Source: Hemiscyllium ocellatum
Taxonomy: Eukaryota
DNA: 64,000 nucleotides
Reading direction: 5' to 3'
Assembly: GCF_020745735.1 (NCBI RefSeq)
Contig: NC_083432.1
Location: 35,612,533-35,676,532, forward strand
The notes under the pieces are model-generated. The model had not been told where the DNA came from. It searched no databases and was given only the letters and a program-made list of their open reading frames with translations. The position numbers and the translations under genes are program-made. Shown here one piece after another: positions 12,998 to 26,156 of this stretch; within the stretch, counting starts at the first letter, position 1; each line of letters starts with the position of its first letter.

Positions 12998-13740
12998 GTA
13001 AAAACAATGACTGCAGATGCTGGAAACCAGATTTTGGATTAGTGGTGCTGGAAGAGCACAGCAGTTCAGGCAGCATCCGAGGAGCAGTAAAATCGACATT
13101 TAGGGCAAAAGCCCTTCATCAGGAATAAAGGCAGTGAGCCTGAAGCTTGGAGTGATAAGCTAGAGGAGGGTGGAGGTGGGGAGAAAGTAGCATAGAGTAC
13201 AATAGGTGAGTGAGGGAGGGGCTGAAGGTCAGGGAAGAGAGGATGGAGTGGATAGGTGGAAAAGGAGATCGGCAGGTAGGACAAGTCCGGACAAGTCATG
13301 GGGACAGTGCTGAGCTGGAAGTTTGGAACTAGGGTGAGGTGGGGGAAGGGGAAATGAGGAAACTATTGAAATCCACATTGATGCCCTGGGGTTGAAGTGT
13401 TCCGAGGCGGAAGATGAGGCGTTCTTCCTCCACGCGTCTGGTGGTGAGGGAGAGGTGGTGAAGGAGGCCAAGGACCTCCATGTTCTTGGCAGAGTGGGAG
13501 GTGGAGTTGAGCCACGGGGCGGTGTGGTTGATTGGTGCGAGTGTCCCGGAAATGTTCCCTAAAGCGCTCTCCTAGGAGGCGCCCAGTCTCCCCAATGTAG
13601 AGTAGACTGCATCGGGAGCAACGGATACAATAAATGATATTAGTGGATGCGCAGGTAAAACTTTGATGGTTGTGGAAGGCTCCTTTAGGACTTTGGATAG
13701 AGCTGAGGGAGGTGTGGGCGTAGGTTTTACAGTTCCCTTG
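12998..13740 (-). mobile_element. Penelope-like element 3' part with GIY-YIG endonuclease remnant
   Basis: - strand translates FTCASTNIIYCIRCSRCSLLYIGETGRLLGERFREH ... EEERLIFRLGTLQPQGIN, followed by the family-1 terminus with a degenerate hammerhead (13091-13126). Confidence 0.85.
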
Positions 13741-15200
13741 CCACCTCTACCTTATAGTGGAAACAAACATAAATTCTTGGTGTATTGAAGTTTTGAAAAA
13801 AAAAGTGTAACTGATGCAGGTAATCTCACTGCTACGTGGTGATTGCACTAGAGGTAGTGACAAAAGAGCTGATTTCAGGTTTGAGTTGAAATTACATCGT
13901 GTAACTTTATTAGAATCAAATGATTCCACACCATTTGAAATTACTATTACAACAAAACAGCCTAAAGTGTTTTGAGGACCATATATACAAAAAGAAAAAA
14001 TAGAACAATTCACTTTGAGTCTCAGCTGTTGCTGTTTTTTTCTTGGGTGCAGAGCTGGCCACTGGCCTGACTGTGTAATGGAACATTGTGTGGTGGATAA
14101 CAACATCGATCAACATTGTCATTACCTGGTGGAACAGCATTCAGACATGAAACAGTATTGAAGCAGCTACAATGAAATGTGCAGCATTTCAATGTCTTTC
14201 CCAGTTAGGCACAAAGGCCAGACAATGGACTTCAGCAGTCAGAATGAAATTACAATAGGCACACATAAAGGATAAAGTGGCTTGCTTAATAGGCATCCTA
14301 TTCACTATCATGAAAAGTCATCCCTTCCATCACCAATACATAGTGGCATATGATGCAGATCTGATGAGCCAAATGACCTCCTCTGTGTTTATAATCATTC
14401 TGTGAGTATCATTACAAGAGGCACAGCAGCCACTCATTATATCATTTCCAAAAGCGCTTTCCAGACTACAGCCTCTATCAGCTAGAAAACAAGGGCAGCA
14501 AATGATTGGGAACACCTCCTTCAAGCCACAGTATTACACATCTTCACTATAGCTGGATCAAAGACCTAGAAATCCCTTCCTAACATCATTGTTTACTTCC
14601 ACCAGATGGACTGCTGAGGTTCAAGAAGGCAGCACACCACCTTTTCCAGGCAGTTAGGGATGGGCGATAAACAAAAACTCTAGCTTACACTGCCCACCTC
14701 TCTTGAAAGAATTATATTCCAAAAGTCTGAACATACATGGAGTTAACAGAAAACATTTTAACAAATGGTACCCAGCCAAAAGCCTGTTCCCAACCCTGAA
14801 TGTTGATAATTGTTAGAGTGCTCTGATCGTTCAATTGATTTCCCGTTTATCATTCTTTTCTGGCCTGATAACCTCCAGGTTGATCTACATCTGCAGATTA
14901 TGCTGAGAAGACAGCAGACTCTCCATCTTCATTTCCTCCTGTGGAAGCAAGCCATTAAGCTGTGCCCAGCCCTAAACCAAGGCAGGTACAGTGCCATATT
15001 CCCTCAACGAATCAGGCAATTGGATGAAATGTGCGTTTGATTCACTATACCTTTAGTGAAAGCACCATTTTTAACCCTGCACCCTCACTAAATCAAATCG
15101 CTGTATCCTCATGACAGAAGGAGACAACTGGCTCATAATTAGACTCAGGACAACCAAAGCTATTGACCCTATGAAAATTGGCTCACACAGTTTACTTCTC

Positions 15201-15206
15201 TTTATT
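15201..15206 (-). terminator. Candidate polyadenylation signal, paralog A
   Basis: AATAAA on the - strand about 400 nt after the stop. Confidence 0.4.
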
Positions 15207-15607
15207 AAAGAACAAAGTGACTAACTAATTGTGCATTCAGAAATCCATCAATTGATTCCTCTCAACACGTTTGTTTTCCTTTCACATGACATGCAAATCA
15301 AAATAACATCCAGAAACTAAAAAAGTACAAATGTCCCCAAAAATTTGGAGTTTTTAAAAAATGAAACAGGGGAAAGTAAACAGGAAAACTGACGATTTAG
15401 CAGAATCTGGAAAGAGATTGGGTGGATCAACAAGCCACCTCACTGAAACACTGACTTCTTTGTCTGTTTTTCACAATTCCTCTGCCCATCGCCTCCTTCA
15501 GCATTTTTTCTCATTTCAGATGCAGTGCAATTCTAGTATTTTCTCTCTGTTTATAAAAGCACACATCAGTGCTGTGAACATGTTTCCAAGTTTTGTGAGG
15601 TCAGAAA

Positions 15608-16122
15608 CTATAGAAGCTTTTTCTTCTCCTCTCGGTTTACAATTTGTGACACACAGTATGGAACAAATACCACAGCAGCCAGAGGTACAACAGCACTCTT
15701 ACAGAAAGACAGAAAGTAAAACAGGAATTCCGTCTGGGTCGGGGGCTTCACTGAGTCAAACAGATGCAGGATGAGTAATGAAGCCACTATACAACTTAGT
15801 CTGAAGCTGAACTGCTGGCTCCTCTTCCCTTTGCAGCTCTCAGCATAAATGGGGGAGTTGAGAGCTAATCCCAATCCGAACAAGGCCCCCATGTTCCTGA
15901 CCAGACCAGCGAAGGGAGTGCTGTCGATGTGGACCCATTCTGCTCGGGCGCACCATCTCTGGGCTTTCTCCACTGACCACAGCAAGTCCACTCCCAGCAC
16001 CTTTAGCACCAGATAGAAGCCCAGAGCGAAGGAGAACAAGGACAGAGTGATCTTCAGGTACTGCGTAAACTTCACATTGTAGATTGCATCAGTCCGACCA
16101 AACGCTTCAGCCACCATCAACC
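15608..16122 (-). CDS. G6PC1: G6PC1 paralog A exon 5 coding part (515 nt)
   Basis: cttag|GG; LMVAEAF...REEKKKLL*. Confidence 0.95.
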
Positions 16123-19100
16123 CTAAGTGTAGAAACTCACAATTAATATCTTTGGTAAATCGATAGCATATGTACATTACAGACAGTGTACGCCAGTAGC
16201 AAAATGTGTATTTAGTGTATATGAAAGAGTAGCATTTTAATAGGCATTTCAAGCAGCTTTAATGGCTTTTTTTCTCCATTGTTAAAGAGCTTCTAAGCAT
16301 TTATAGGACCTGCGCTAGAGTTTTATCTCAACTGGTGACTTAAAATGAATGATATCAAATCAGTCCATTGACTCCACAGTCACATATAATTATCCATATT
16401 AGAAAAGTATCAGTGTTGGTCAATGTGATCAAAAAGTCATTAAGTTGGATTTATTTTCCCTTGAGAACTCAGTTATGTAGAATACAACCAATGGTTACAC
16501 ACATTCAAATTAATGCAAACTGCATCAATGCACAGCTGTATTGTTATATTTTTCAACTGAAAGAAAGTATCCTGACCTGAAATAACTCCAAAGAAAACCT
16601 GGTGTGGAAAGTGAGCGGCCAGAAACACTCTCGATGCACAGACACAGATCTGAATCACCCAGAACACTGTCCATAGCAGCACATGGAGACACCTAGAAGT
16701 TGGGAGGATAATCATTGAGCAGTTAGTAAAATAATGAATCTCCAAATTGAAACTCACAAGGGCCTGTAACTGCAGCATAATGCATCGTCTATCCAGCTGT
16801 CTAATATTTATGCACAGATACTTATTTTTGTTCTCCTTTTACTCAAGATTCAGTTAAATAGGAGTCTGGATGGACATAATATACAAATGGTACACGCTGC
16901 TTAATTATAAATAATATTTGCATGAATTCAAATCAACTTACAGAACAGTGTTCCGAAGTTACTTGTAAGTAAGCATTTCTAAGTTGATTCTGATCTTGAT
17001 AAATGTGGAAGTCATGCGTTTAAATATAGTCGGTTTTTATTCAGAGACATGTAAAGCACTAACTTGCAGAATTGAGTGTGTATTGAGTGGCACCCACACC
17101 TCATGTACAAACTACATTTAATGTGCATGACCACATAACAGTCCAGACAAACCTAACACTTAAAAGCAGTGCTGATATCCCTATGCTCACGTGGTATGTA
17201 TAATGTTTTAAATCTTACCATTTTTGGAAGATGGGCTGCTTCTTTTGTAATCCAAAGGTCAGTAATGCTGTGACCATCACATGCCAGACTCCGGCTGAAC
17301 CCATTGCATGACCAGATGGACTTCCTGTCAAATACATCATCCATAGACTCGATTAGAAAATGTCACTACACCTTCTAGTATACTTTGTAAACTTTTTAAA
17401 AAAACAATTAATCTCCCATTACTTTGCCTCCAGTATCCCACAAGGATCTATCCTTGGTCCCCTCCTATCTACATGCCCCTTGGTGACAGCATCTGAAAGC
17501 ACACGGTTTGTTCACGCATGCTCAGTCCACCTCATCACCACTGTTCTCAACCCTCCCACTCTCGCTACATTGTCAGATTTCTCATCCTGCGTCCAGTGAT
17601 GGATGGTCAATACTAAAATTGAGAAGACTGCAAACCATTGTCTTTGCTCTTTTCCCTAGTTCCTGACATCATCTCTTTTCCATGCAGCTGTCTGTGGCCA
17701 ATCCTTGTGTGTATTCTCTCAACTATTCAGAGTTGATTTGCCATCCATTCAGCACCTTTTTCTGACACAGGATGAATTGTTGCTCCCTTTGAAATTTGTC
17801 ATTCTTGCATTTGTTCTGATGCGTGCCAGCCAAAAACCCTGATTAGGATGCTTCTTTTTTTTGATTACTTTAGCTGCTAGTATTGGATGTATAATGTATA
17901 ATGAATGATTTACTTCACTTGCAGCATATCAAATTAGACCGGACAAGAAAAGCAGACAGTGAGGAGATGGCAGAAGCAAAAATAAACAACATTTCAAACT
18001 GCAATTCTAGCTGCTGCCTCTGTTCTGTAGTGAATTGCCAGTACCTGGTCCGGTTTCACATGTGATCGGAAATTGCTGCACCACGGGAAGGGAAGAATTA
18101 GCATAAAACTGGGTCTCATGGACCCACCAGTAAGGTCTTTGTCCAAATAAGAACCTGTAAAAGAAAAGTAATGGGAGAAAGGTTAACCTATATCGAATAT
18201 GCAGTGTGTAATTTGCTTAAATGCCTTGTATTTAGGTATTCAATTTGGCAACCTCACTCACCGATAACTTGAAGGAAATTTCAATCACTGGCTTAGGAAG
18301 CATTAAAGGGAACTGGCACGGTGTGGCCAGTGGAACAAAGGGTAGAATATTGGAATTGATTATTCACCAGGTTAAAGCTGGAACTAAACCACAGACTGGA
18401 ATCCCCAGTTGCGATTTCTTAGCTCTTGCCAAGAGGTAAGTTAAAGTGCAACTTTGCGATGCCAGACTACAGAACAGAAAACAAGAAGGTTTTCCAACTC
18501 TATTACATTGATCTCAACCACAGGCAAAATAAAATTAGAATTACTTCAAACTTGTTTGTTTTAGATGCTAAGTTGATCTCTGACCAAACACCATGAAATA
18601 TGAACCAGTGCCTAAACACTAGAAGTTATGCTCAAGTAATCATTTTCTTCACCACAACAAATCAGTTTAATTTTATTAAAAAATCAGTATGACACAAATA
18701 TTATATTATGTAATTTTCTTAAAAGTCCTAATTTATTCTGAAACTTCCTCATTGACAAATACAGGAAATTTCAATCACAGGCTTAGCAAGAGTTAAAGGG
18801 ATCTGGTGATAATGTAACCAGTGGACCAAAGGGTAAAACATTGGAATTGTTGATTCAGCAGGTTTAATTTGGAACTAAACCACAAACTAGAATCCTCAAT
18901 TCAGATGACCTACTTAATATTAAAAACGTTTCAATAACCAGAGATAAGACCAAGAAAAAATTACAAGAAAAATTAAATGATTTATTTTAATATCCATAAC
19001 TTATTGCAAAATATGCATAATTTAAAATCTAAAACACATTTACTATTATTAGTATAATTTGACTTGATCTCACATGGGACAGAGTGAGGCCTGTCCAATA

Positions 19101-19873
19101 TGTGTTGGGTGGACCAATGATATACTATTTTGATTTCCAGATAATATATTCCAAATCTCAGTATGTTAACATTGAAAAGTGCAGTGGCCAGATGGTTCAA
19201 ACACTGCCTTCAAAATGGTCAGTGCTTACTCTACATCCCCACCTTGACCATAACATCCTCTTTGTCAGGTAGAGTTCAATTGTTTGACCACCCCTAAGCT
19301 CAGGACAGACCAGGATGGTAGCAGACTATGACACAAGAAATGCAAGAAGAAATGCTGCAAAATGCATTAATTTATAAGCATTTCTCATTTTCACTACTTA
19401 AAGTTGAAATAAAAGGAAGTATTTGTCTTCAGTCACAAATTTCCAGATCTCAAAGCAAGTTACAGCAAGTATATCTGAGGTTACTTTCAATAAGAAAGAA
19501 ACCATTGATATAATGTTTTACATGACCAGTAGACATCACAAAGTACTTAATTCAGTTTGCTACCTGGCCTGTATTAGTGTCTATTCCATTACTCAAATGA
19601 GACCTTTAATAAAACTCCAAAGAACTTATCTGACAATACCTACCATTTGAAGATGAGGTTGAGCCAGTCTCCAATGACGGCCACCCAGATGAGTTTGACA
19701 CCCACGGCTTCACACAGATGGAACCAGATGGGAAAGAAAACAAAGAAAGTGTTTCTCAGGTCAGCGGCGAAAGAGATGAAGGTGAACCAGCTCTGGGAGT
19801 CCCTGTAATTCATCTGTAGGTACTGCACCAGCTCTACCCCGGAGCTGTGGAGCAGATCCATCCCAGCGTCCAT
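15608..19873 (-). CDS. G6PC1: Glucose-6-phosphatase catalytic subunit 1-like, paralog A (5 exons, 358 aa)
   Basis: complement(join(15608..16122,16577..16692,17219..17324,18045..18154,19644..19873)), 1077 nt, in frame, all GT-AG. PAP2 motifs K-x6-RP (FKWFLFGQRP), PSGH and SRxxxxxHxxxQ; NSS sequon; C-terminal KKKLL. DLRN/FPIWFHL/FCKSA identify G6PC1 rather than G6PC2/3. An upstream in-frame ATG at 19882 would add MQR. Confidence 0.95.
16577..16692 (-). CDS. G6PC1: G6PC1 paralog A exon 4 (116 nt)
   Basis: [38 protein letters not shown]; ttctag|, |gtcagg. Confidence 0.95.
17219..17324 (-). CDS. G6PC1: G6PC1 paralog A exon 3 (106 nt)
   Basis: [34 protein letters not shown]; tgacag|, |gtaaga. Confidence 0.95.
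18045..18154 (-). CDS. G6PC1: G6PC1 paralog A exon 2 (110 nt)
   Basis: ttacag|G..; [36 protein letters not shown]; donor CAG|gtac. Confidence 0.95.
18250..18901. repeat. Diverged ~140-160 bp direct repeat pair in intron 1 of paralog A
   Basis: 18273-18410 vs 18763-18901, both AGGAAATTTCAATCAC...GGAACTAAACCACA.ACT.GAATCC. Confidence 0.85.
19644..19873 (-). CDS. G6PC1: G6PC1 paralog A exon 1 (230 nt coding)
   Basis: [12 protein letters not shown]...WLNLIFKW; donor TG|gtaggt. Confidence 0.95.
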
Positions 19874-19952
19874 TCTCTGCATGTTCGGAAGCTACTGCAG
19901 GTTTTGTCAGCTCAGAGTTCAGTTTCTGATTTTGCCTGTGGTGATTCAGGGC

Positions 19953-20081
19953 TTATATAGGAGAGGGGAATGTTTTTTTGTCTCGTTATCAATTCAATTC
20001 ACAGCCAATAATCACAAAACTTTGAGCATGCCTGGGAAAAACAATGTCAATGGCCTTTTTGGCAACAGCACCTGCGTCATT
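19953..20081 (-). promoter_or_regulatory. Proximal promoter of paralog A
   Basis: On the - strand: TATATAA 19959-19953, degenerate DR1 TGCTCAAAGTTTT 20028-20016, ATTGAC 20051-20046, CRE-like TGACGCA 20079-20073. Confidence 0.6.
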
Positions 20082-20714
20082 TGTGTGTCTCAAACCAACA
20101 TCTTCATGCATGGAGAACGTCACAAGGCCAACCCATGTGAAAATATTGGAGTTTAACAAACCTATAAAATTCATCAGTGAAAACACGTCAATCTCTGCTG
20201 CTTACATCATTTGGAAACTAAATAGAAGAGGGAGCTGCGGCAACAGGAAATTTGCTGACAGTATCAAGTTATGCTACTAGATGTAAGAGAAATTTGCTTC
20301 ACATAAATAATTTACTGAAATTAAATGCACAAAATCCACAATGAGCTGTAGATTTTGATGTCAATGACATATCAAAACAGAAACTATGAATGGTCAGAAT
20401 GGCTAAAACATTTTGACTATGAAAGCAACTATTCAGAATGGAGTGATGGAGATTATAAAACTGACTGAAATGTTGCCAAGTTAGCTTCAGTCAATAGAGG
20501 TTTTCAAAGCCTTGCCACCTTGATACTAAGATTAGTTACTTCCACTGGGAGTTTCAATGCAATTCATTTCAGTTTGCAGCTTAATGGGAAAAATGGATTT
20601 CCCATATTCAATGGTTTCTAATGAAGGCACAACCATCACAGCCATGACTGAAGAATGACGAAACCAATTGAAACAGTGCTAATTAACATGGCACTTGCCA
20701 ACTTAACTTGTTTT

Positions 20715-21043
20715 TTAATTCAGTCACAGGATGGGGGCAGCACTGGCTAGGCCAGCATTTATTGCCCAGCGGGCAGTTAAGAGCCAACTACATGGCTGTG
20801 GGTCTAGAGTCACATGTAGGCCAGACCGGGTAAGGATGGCAGCTTCCTTCCGTCAAGGAGGTAAATGAACCAGATGGGCTTTTTTCAACAATGGATTTGT
20901 GGTCATCATTAGACTCTTAATTCTAGATTTTACTGAGTTCAAGTTATACCATCTGCAGTGGTGGGATTCAAATCCAGGTCCCCAGAGCTTTATTTGGGTC
21001 CTTGGATTAACAGTCTAGCAATAAAACCACTATGTCATTGCCT
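20715..21043 (-). mobile_element. tRNA-derived SINE sharing its 3' tail with the YKAQVR-type LINE
   Basis: B-box-like GATTTGAATCCC on -; tail GGGCAATAAATGCTGGCC; second copy 31480-31785. Confidence 0.65.
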
Positions 21044-22787
21044 TTTTGACTATTCAGTGTAACTGAAAACATATTGTCTTGGAGTGATAACTTGTTTTCC
21101 ACATGCAAATTACAATATCTTTTCTCAACAGAGTAACGTCCAGAATTAATGTTTAAGGCTTCATTCCATTTTGTCTTGTATTTCTTTGATATCAGTAATT
21201 TTGAAGACACTTCATGAGCACATTCAGGAAACATTCTCCAAAGTCTAAGTAGAAACTAATCAGAAGTTTCAAAATGCTTTTCACTGTGTTCACAATAAAA
21301 TCACATGTGGTTGATTTATTTTCAAATCTGGCAATAGTAGAGCATTGCTACAATAATAGCCGACAAAGGTGTCTGGGAGGTCACCAATCTGAGTACAGAA
21401 ACAGTAATTGTTGAAGGGTCATGGAAATAAGGTAAAACATCTGAACTCATGTTTTCAAGGGGACCTCAAATCCACTTCATTGCTGCCATTGATTTTGCTC
21501 AGTGCTGAAGTCATGTTTTTCCACCTTTGTTATCATTTCCACTGACAGTCAATGATTACGACTCTGAGCAATCCCAATGAAAAACAGAGTCAATGCCCTT
21601 TCTATCAAAAAGACCTGCGTCATTGCAATAGCTGGGTTTGAAACCCTACGTACATTCCTGTTTCGCAAGGACAGTTCTTATGAAAATCATCTGAATTGTT
21701 TACAGAAAATTAACTGAACTTCGGGAGATTGCGTTTTTTTTTAACTGCTAACCAAATTTTAATGCAGTAGCCAACTTATAAAATTATTTTGAAATTCAAT
21801 TGATTATTGAAATATTGTAGCCTCTCACTGTTATATTTTCTGATTTGCTACACATTGTTTCTGATAAGAAATGCATGAGAAACACTTAATATGCCAAATT
21901 TAAAAAACTGCTTAATCAATGATATTGATGTTTCCATGGAATCAATGGCAAACCCACTGCAACAGATCGTGGGAAGTCTTGAACTTTGGTGAATAATAGG
22001 TTATGGGGCAATTCCCTGTACTTTGTTTAGTCTCTCATAATATGGTCTGGCTCAAATTACTGAAAGAGTCCAAAGTAATGTAACACAACAGAGGGAAAAT
22101 ACAGCAGGATCTCAATTAAACACAATTCCAAGAAGCTTTTGGGAAAATTGAGAGATATTGCTGCACAGAAAACCAAATAAGAATTATTGAGTGTTGAGTA
22201 CATTTTCTTTAGAATTGTAATTGCTGATCCGGAGAACCAACCATTTTGTATTAATGCCAATTGCTATATATTGTCTGAAAGGGTTAGTGCTGAGCGCTGT
22301 ATAAGCACCATCACATGGTGGTATCATATGGACTTGAGGGAGGACAGTGTAGGATCTAAGGAGTGAGAACTCACACTGGACATTTTTAATTAATTCATTC
22401 ATGAAATGTGAACATTTCTGACTGGGCAAGTAATTTATTGCCCACATCTGTAGTTACAGTTGAGTTGGTGATGATGAACTGCCTTCTTGAACCACTGTAG
22501 CCCATGTACTGTGGAGTTGCAATGCTGTTAGGGAGGAAATTCCAAGATTTGGAATTCTAAACAATGTAACCTGTAACTAGTTGCTAATGTGCAATTAGTG
22601 ATATCTTAGAACTACAAGGAACTCTAGTCAGACCAGAAAATGTTTTTCGCTTTTGTATAATGTCAAGCAGCAGATATGTAATATGCCTGTAAGAGATATG
22701 GTCATGATGTTGTCACTGTATAATGCCATGTAACCTAATGGTGTAAAGATCTCAGTCTCCATGTTACTGAGTCCATTTGCAGCACAT

Positions 22788-22915
22788 CCCTGAAGAAGGG
22801 CTTATGCCCGAAATGTCGATTCTCCTGCTCCTTGGATGCTGCCTGACCTGCTGCGCTTTTCCAGCAACACATTTTCAGCTCTGATCTCCAGCATCTGCAG
22901 ACCTCACTTTCTCCT
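22788..22915 (+). mobile_element. Penelope-like family-1 terminus beginning at a hammerhead motif
   Basis: CTGAAGA-A-GGGC-TTAT-GCCC-GAAA-TG-TC at 22790-22817, then the conserved tail to CTCACTTTCTCCT. Confidence 0.75.
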
Positions 22916-25033
22916 GAGAGAAGCATGCTACAAGACATCAGGATTGCTTAGCTTGAGCCCAGATGCACAAGTGCCTGTGATCATAGTATCCATTTGGAAA
23001 TACCAGATGCTGTAATGAAAGTTCACTTTGAATTCTTCAGTGCTCCATGACCTAGGTCCTATTCATATGTTGTGGGAACTAACATGTATCACATTATGAT
23101 ATCTGAAAAACCACCTGTCATGTCATAGCATGTCAGTTTTCCTCAAATGCACAATACAAGCAGATCCTGCCATTTCTGAGAGGATAGCGTCAGCAACCTT
23201 TATCATGTGCACTAGCTCATGCAGTGTCATATGTTGGCAGCAGTGTGGATTTGGATTGACTATATATTACATGGTTAACAGTGGTATGAAATCTTTGGAC
23301 TCAACTTCAAGTCGCCTGCATAACCAGCACAGTCAGCAGCAGGGATGAGTTAAAGATTTAAGAACTCAACCCTTGTGGTAGTCCTGAACAGGGAAGAGTA
23401 CTCCAGTGAATAGTAATAGCATTTTATACCTAGTAACAGATGCACTGCAACAGGAAAATTAGCAACTGGAAGAAGGAGAATTTGTAACTCCCAGACATAC
23501 AGGTAATAGTCTGTAGGTGAGAGGTCCCAAGTGGAAGTCTGACTGTGAGTGGTTTGAGAAGATTGAGCAGTTTGTGGTGAGCAGCCATTTTGAACACTGC
23601 AGTCCATTTTGTGTAGGTAGAAGCAGGAAATCACGGCCATAGTATTTTAGAAATCTCTTAAGGAGAGATTACGAACTTTGTAGGTGCTTTGCAATTTTAA
23701 GTTGACTTTTAAAGAAAAAACACAACAAATTTTCAGGATGTGAGTATTAATGGCAATGCCAGCATTTATTATAGATCCCAGTTACCCAGCTGATGAGTGA
23801 ATCATCTTCCTCACATATGTCTGGTCTCTAGGCCATTTCAGAGGGTAGTTGTGAGTCATTGGTGTCCATGGTGGGCAGTGCTGTTAGGGAGAGAGTTCCA
23901 GAATTTTGACACAGTTACAATAAAGGAAGGCTATTAATCAGGAAAGTTTTGGCGCAGAGGGGAACTTGCAAATGTTGGTGTGGAGTATTCAGTAGAGTCA
24001 ATTCCTTTGTATACAGTCAAGTTAGTCAAGAATCTGGCATGTTTTTATCTTTCAATTACTACCAGAAAATTCATGTTCTGATAATAATCCTCTTGTTGAT
24101 AATCTTGGAAAGGAAGTTAGCATGTGAACTGTAGATGCTGTAAATCAGAAACAAAAACAGAAGTTGCCGGAAAAGGTCAGCAGGGCTGGCAGCATATGTG
24201 AAGAAAAATCAAAGTTAATGTTTCGGGTCCGGTGTGATGTGGAGGTGCCGGTGTTAGACCAGGTGGACAAAGTTAGAAATGATAACAGGTTATTGTCCAA
24301 CAGATTTATTTAAATAAGTAGTGTGTAATGTCAGGCTATGTGATAACAAAGCCTGGCTTGTGAGGTATGGGGCTAGGACATGGGGGGGGGAGGTGGTTAG
24401 TGTCTTTATGATCTATGTGCATGGCTGTGTGTTCCTTTGTGGACTTTCACACAGCCTAATGCTTTCTGACTTCATAAGTTCCCATGTTGACAATTCCGTG
24501 TGAAGTTTAATTAAAGTTATCAATTGGAGGAATTTTGTTCACCCCCCTCCCTCCCGCCACTCCACGTTAACTTGGCAGGAGCAATAAAGCAGGTAATAAA
24601 TATTAATCACCGAAAATAAGAGGCAGAATGATTCAGTAATGTGGGTTAAAATTGTGCCTATGTTTCAAAATGACATTGTGGTTCAAGGTTCTGCTCAAAT
24701 GCATTTGCATGATCACAAACAAAATCGGTTACAAAACCCGTATAATTGGGCCGAGTAATTGATCATTTAAAAATTAACAGAAACAGAAATTCCTGTCAAC
24801 TTTCAGCAGAATTGGCAGTATCTCTGGAGATAGAAACAGCGTAAATGTTTGAAGTCGATTATAACTTTACTGCAATGAAGTCTAATATTTACACCTTTTT
24901 AAATTCCTGAACATTTAAAAAATTGTATTTAAGAGTGGTAATCTGGTGCAGTTTTATCAGTACACTTGAAAATGGGTTGATCTCAAGAAATAAATATTTT
25001 AGTATGGAACTCTAACCATGCACTTTCCTTTTT

Positions 25034-25296
25034 CATAGAATCCCTCAAGTGTGGAAACAGGCAACACCGATCCTCCAAAGAGCATCCCATCCAGACCCTG
25101 AACACTCTGGATAATTTAGCATGGACCAATCCACCTAACCTGCACACCTTTGGAGTGTGGGAGGAAACCAGACTAGCCGGTGGAAACCCACACAGACACA
25201 GGGAGAATGTGTGAACTCCACACAGACATTTGCACGAGGGTGAAATCAAACCTGGGTCCCTGGCACTTCAGCATAGCTGCCCTAACCACTGAACCA
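25034..25296 (-). mobile_element. HE1-like tRNA-derived SINE
   Basis: Homologous to 45119-45415. Confidence 0.75.
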
Positions 25297-26156
25297 AAAA
25301 ATTACCATTAAAAATGATGTATTCAGAAGCCTATACAAGTTTAATTGGCAAATAGTAATCGATTTCTGGGAATGCTACATATTTTTAAAACTTTCCAGTG
25401 CTATACACCAGAAAGCCTGACATAGAAGGATAGAGTGTCACCAAAGTATTCAAACACTTTTATTTACAGTGATACAATTGTCTGGACCTTCTCCTATTTA
25501 CTCGCTTCATAATGCTGTGTGTTTAAAATCAATTAACTCAACTTGAAGAGAATTCTGCGACAGTTGCAAATGGTCACACTTGGTGGAAATGCACGATAAT
25601 TTTGATTAAGATTACTTCCCTTTAGAAATACAATTGGAATCAGAAGTGGGTTTTATTGTCATGTGCTCGAGTACAGGCATACAGGGGTACAGTGAAAATT
25701 TCACAATTCATGGACCATTCTTAGGTTCCAAATAACTAGGTACCAAATTTTAGGTAAAATGTAGAAAAGTAAAGAATAAGTTCAACATTATAGTTCTTCT
25801 CAGTAGAAAGTAATAAATAGAAAATAAAGTTAGAAATTCCAAATTACAGTCTTTCTTTAGCCATGGGCCTGTAGTGGTTCCATGCTGGGCTTTCCTCACG
25901 AGAGCTTGATCTCTCTCTTGTGCTGGACTAGATCTCTCAATTTCCTGCACCTCCATGCTGCCATCTTACTGCCAACCACCATCCTCTCTCCCATGCTGGA
26001 TTCGATTGCTTAACCCCAGCGCTGCTGTCTTGTTGCTGACTGCCATCCAAGCTCAGCAGCTGCCTCGCCTCAGGACTCCAGCACTCTGGGCCCCAGCCAT
26101 TTCCACAATGCCACCAACCACCAGCGTTCTGCCCGAGCACACCAACCATCTCTGGC

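Noticed and set aside
16123-16252. N-terminal parts of the 214-aa ORF (and of the 203-aa ORF at 39499-39598)
   Set aside because: Intronic read-through upstream of the exon-5 acceptor; not conserved between paralogs.
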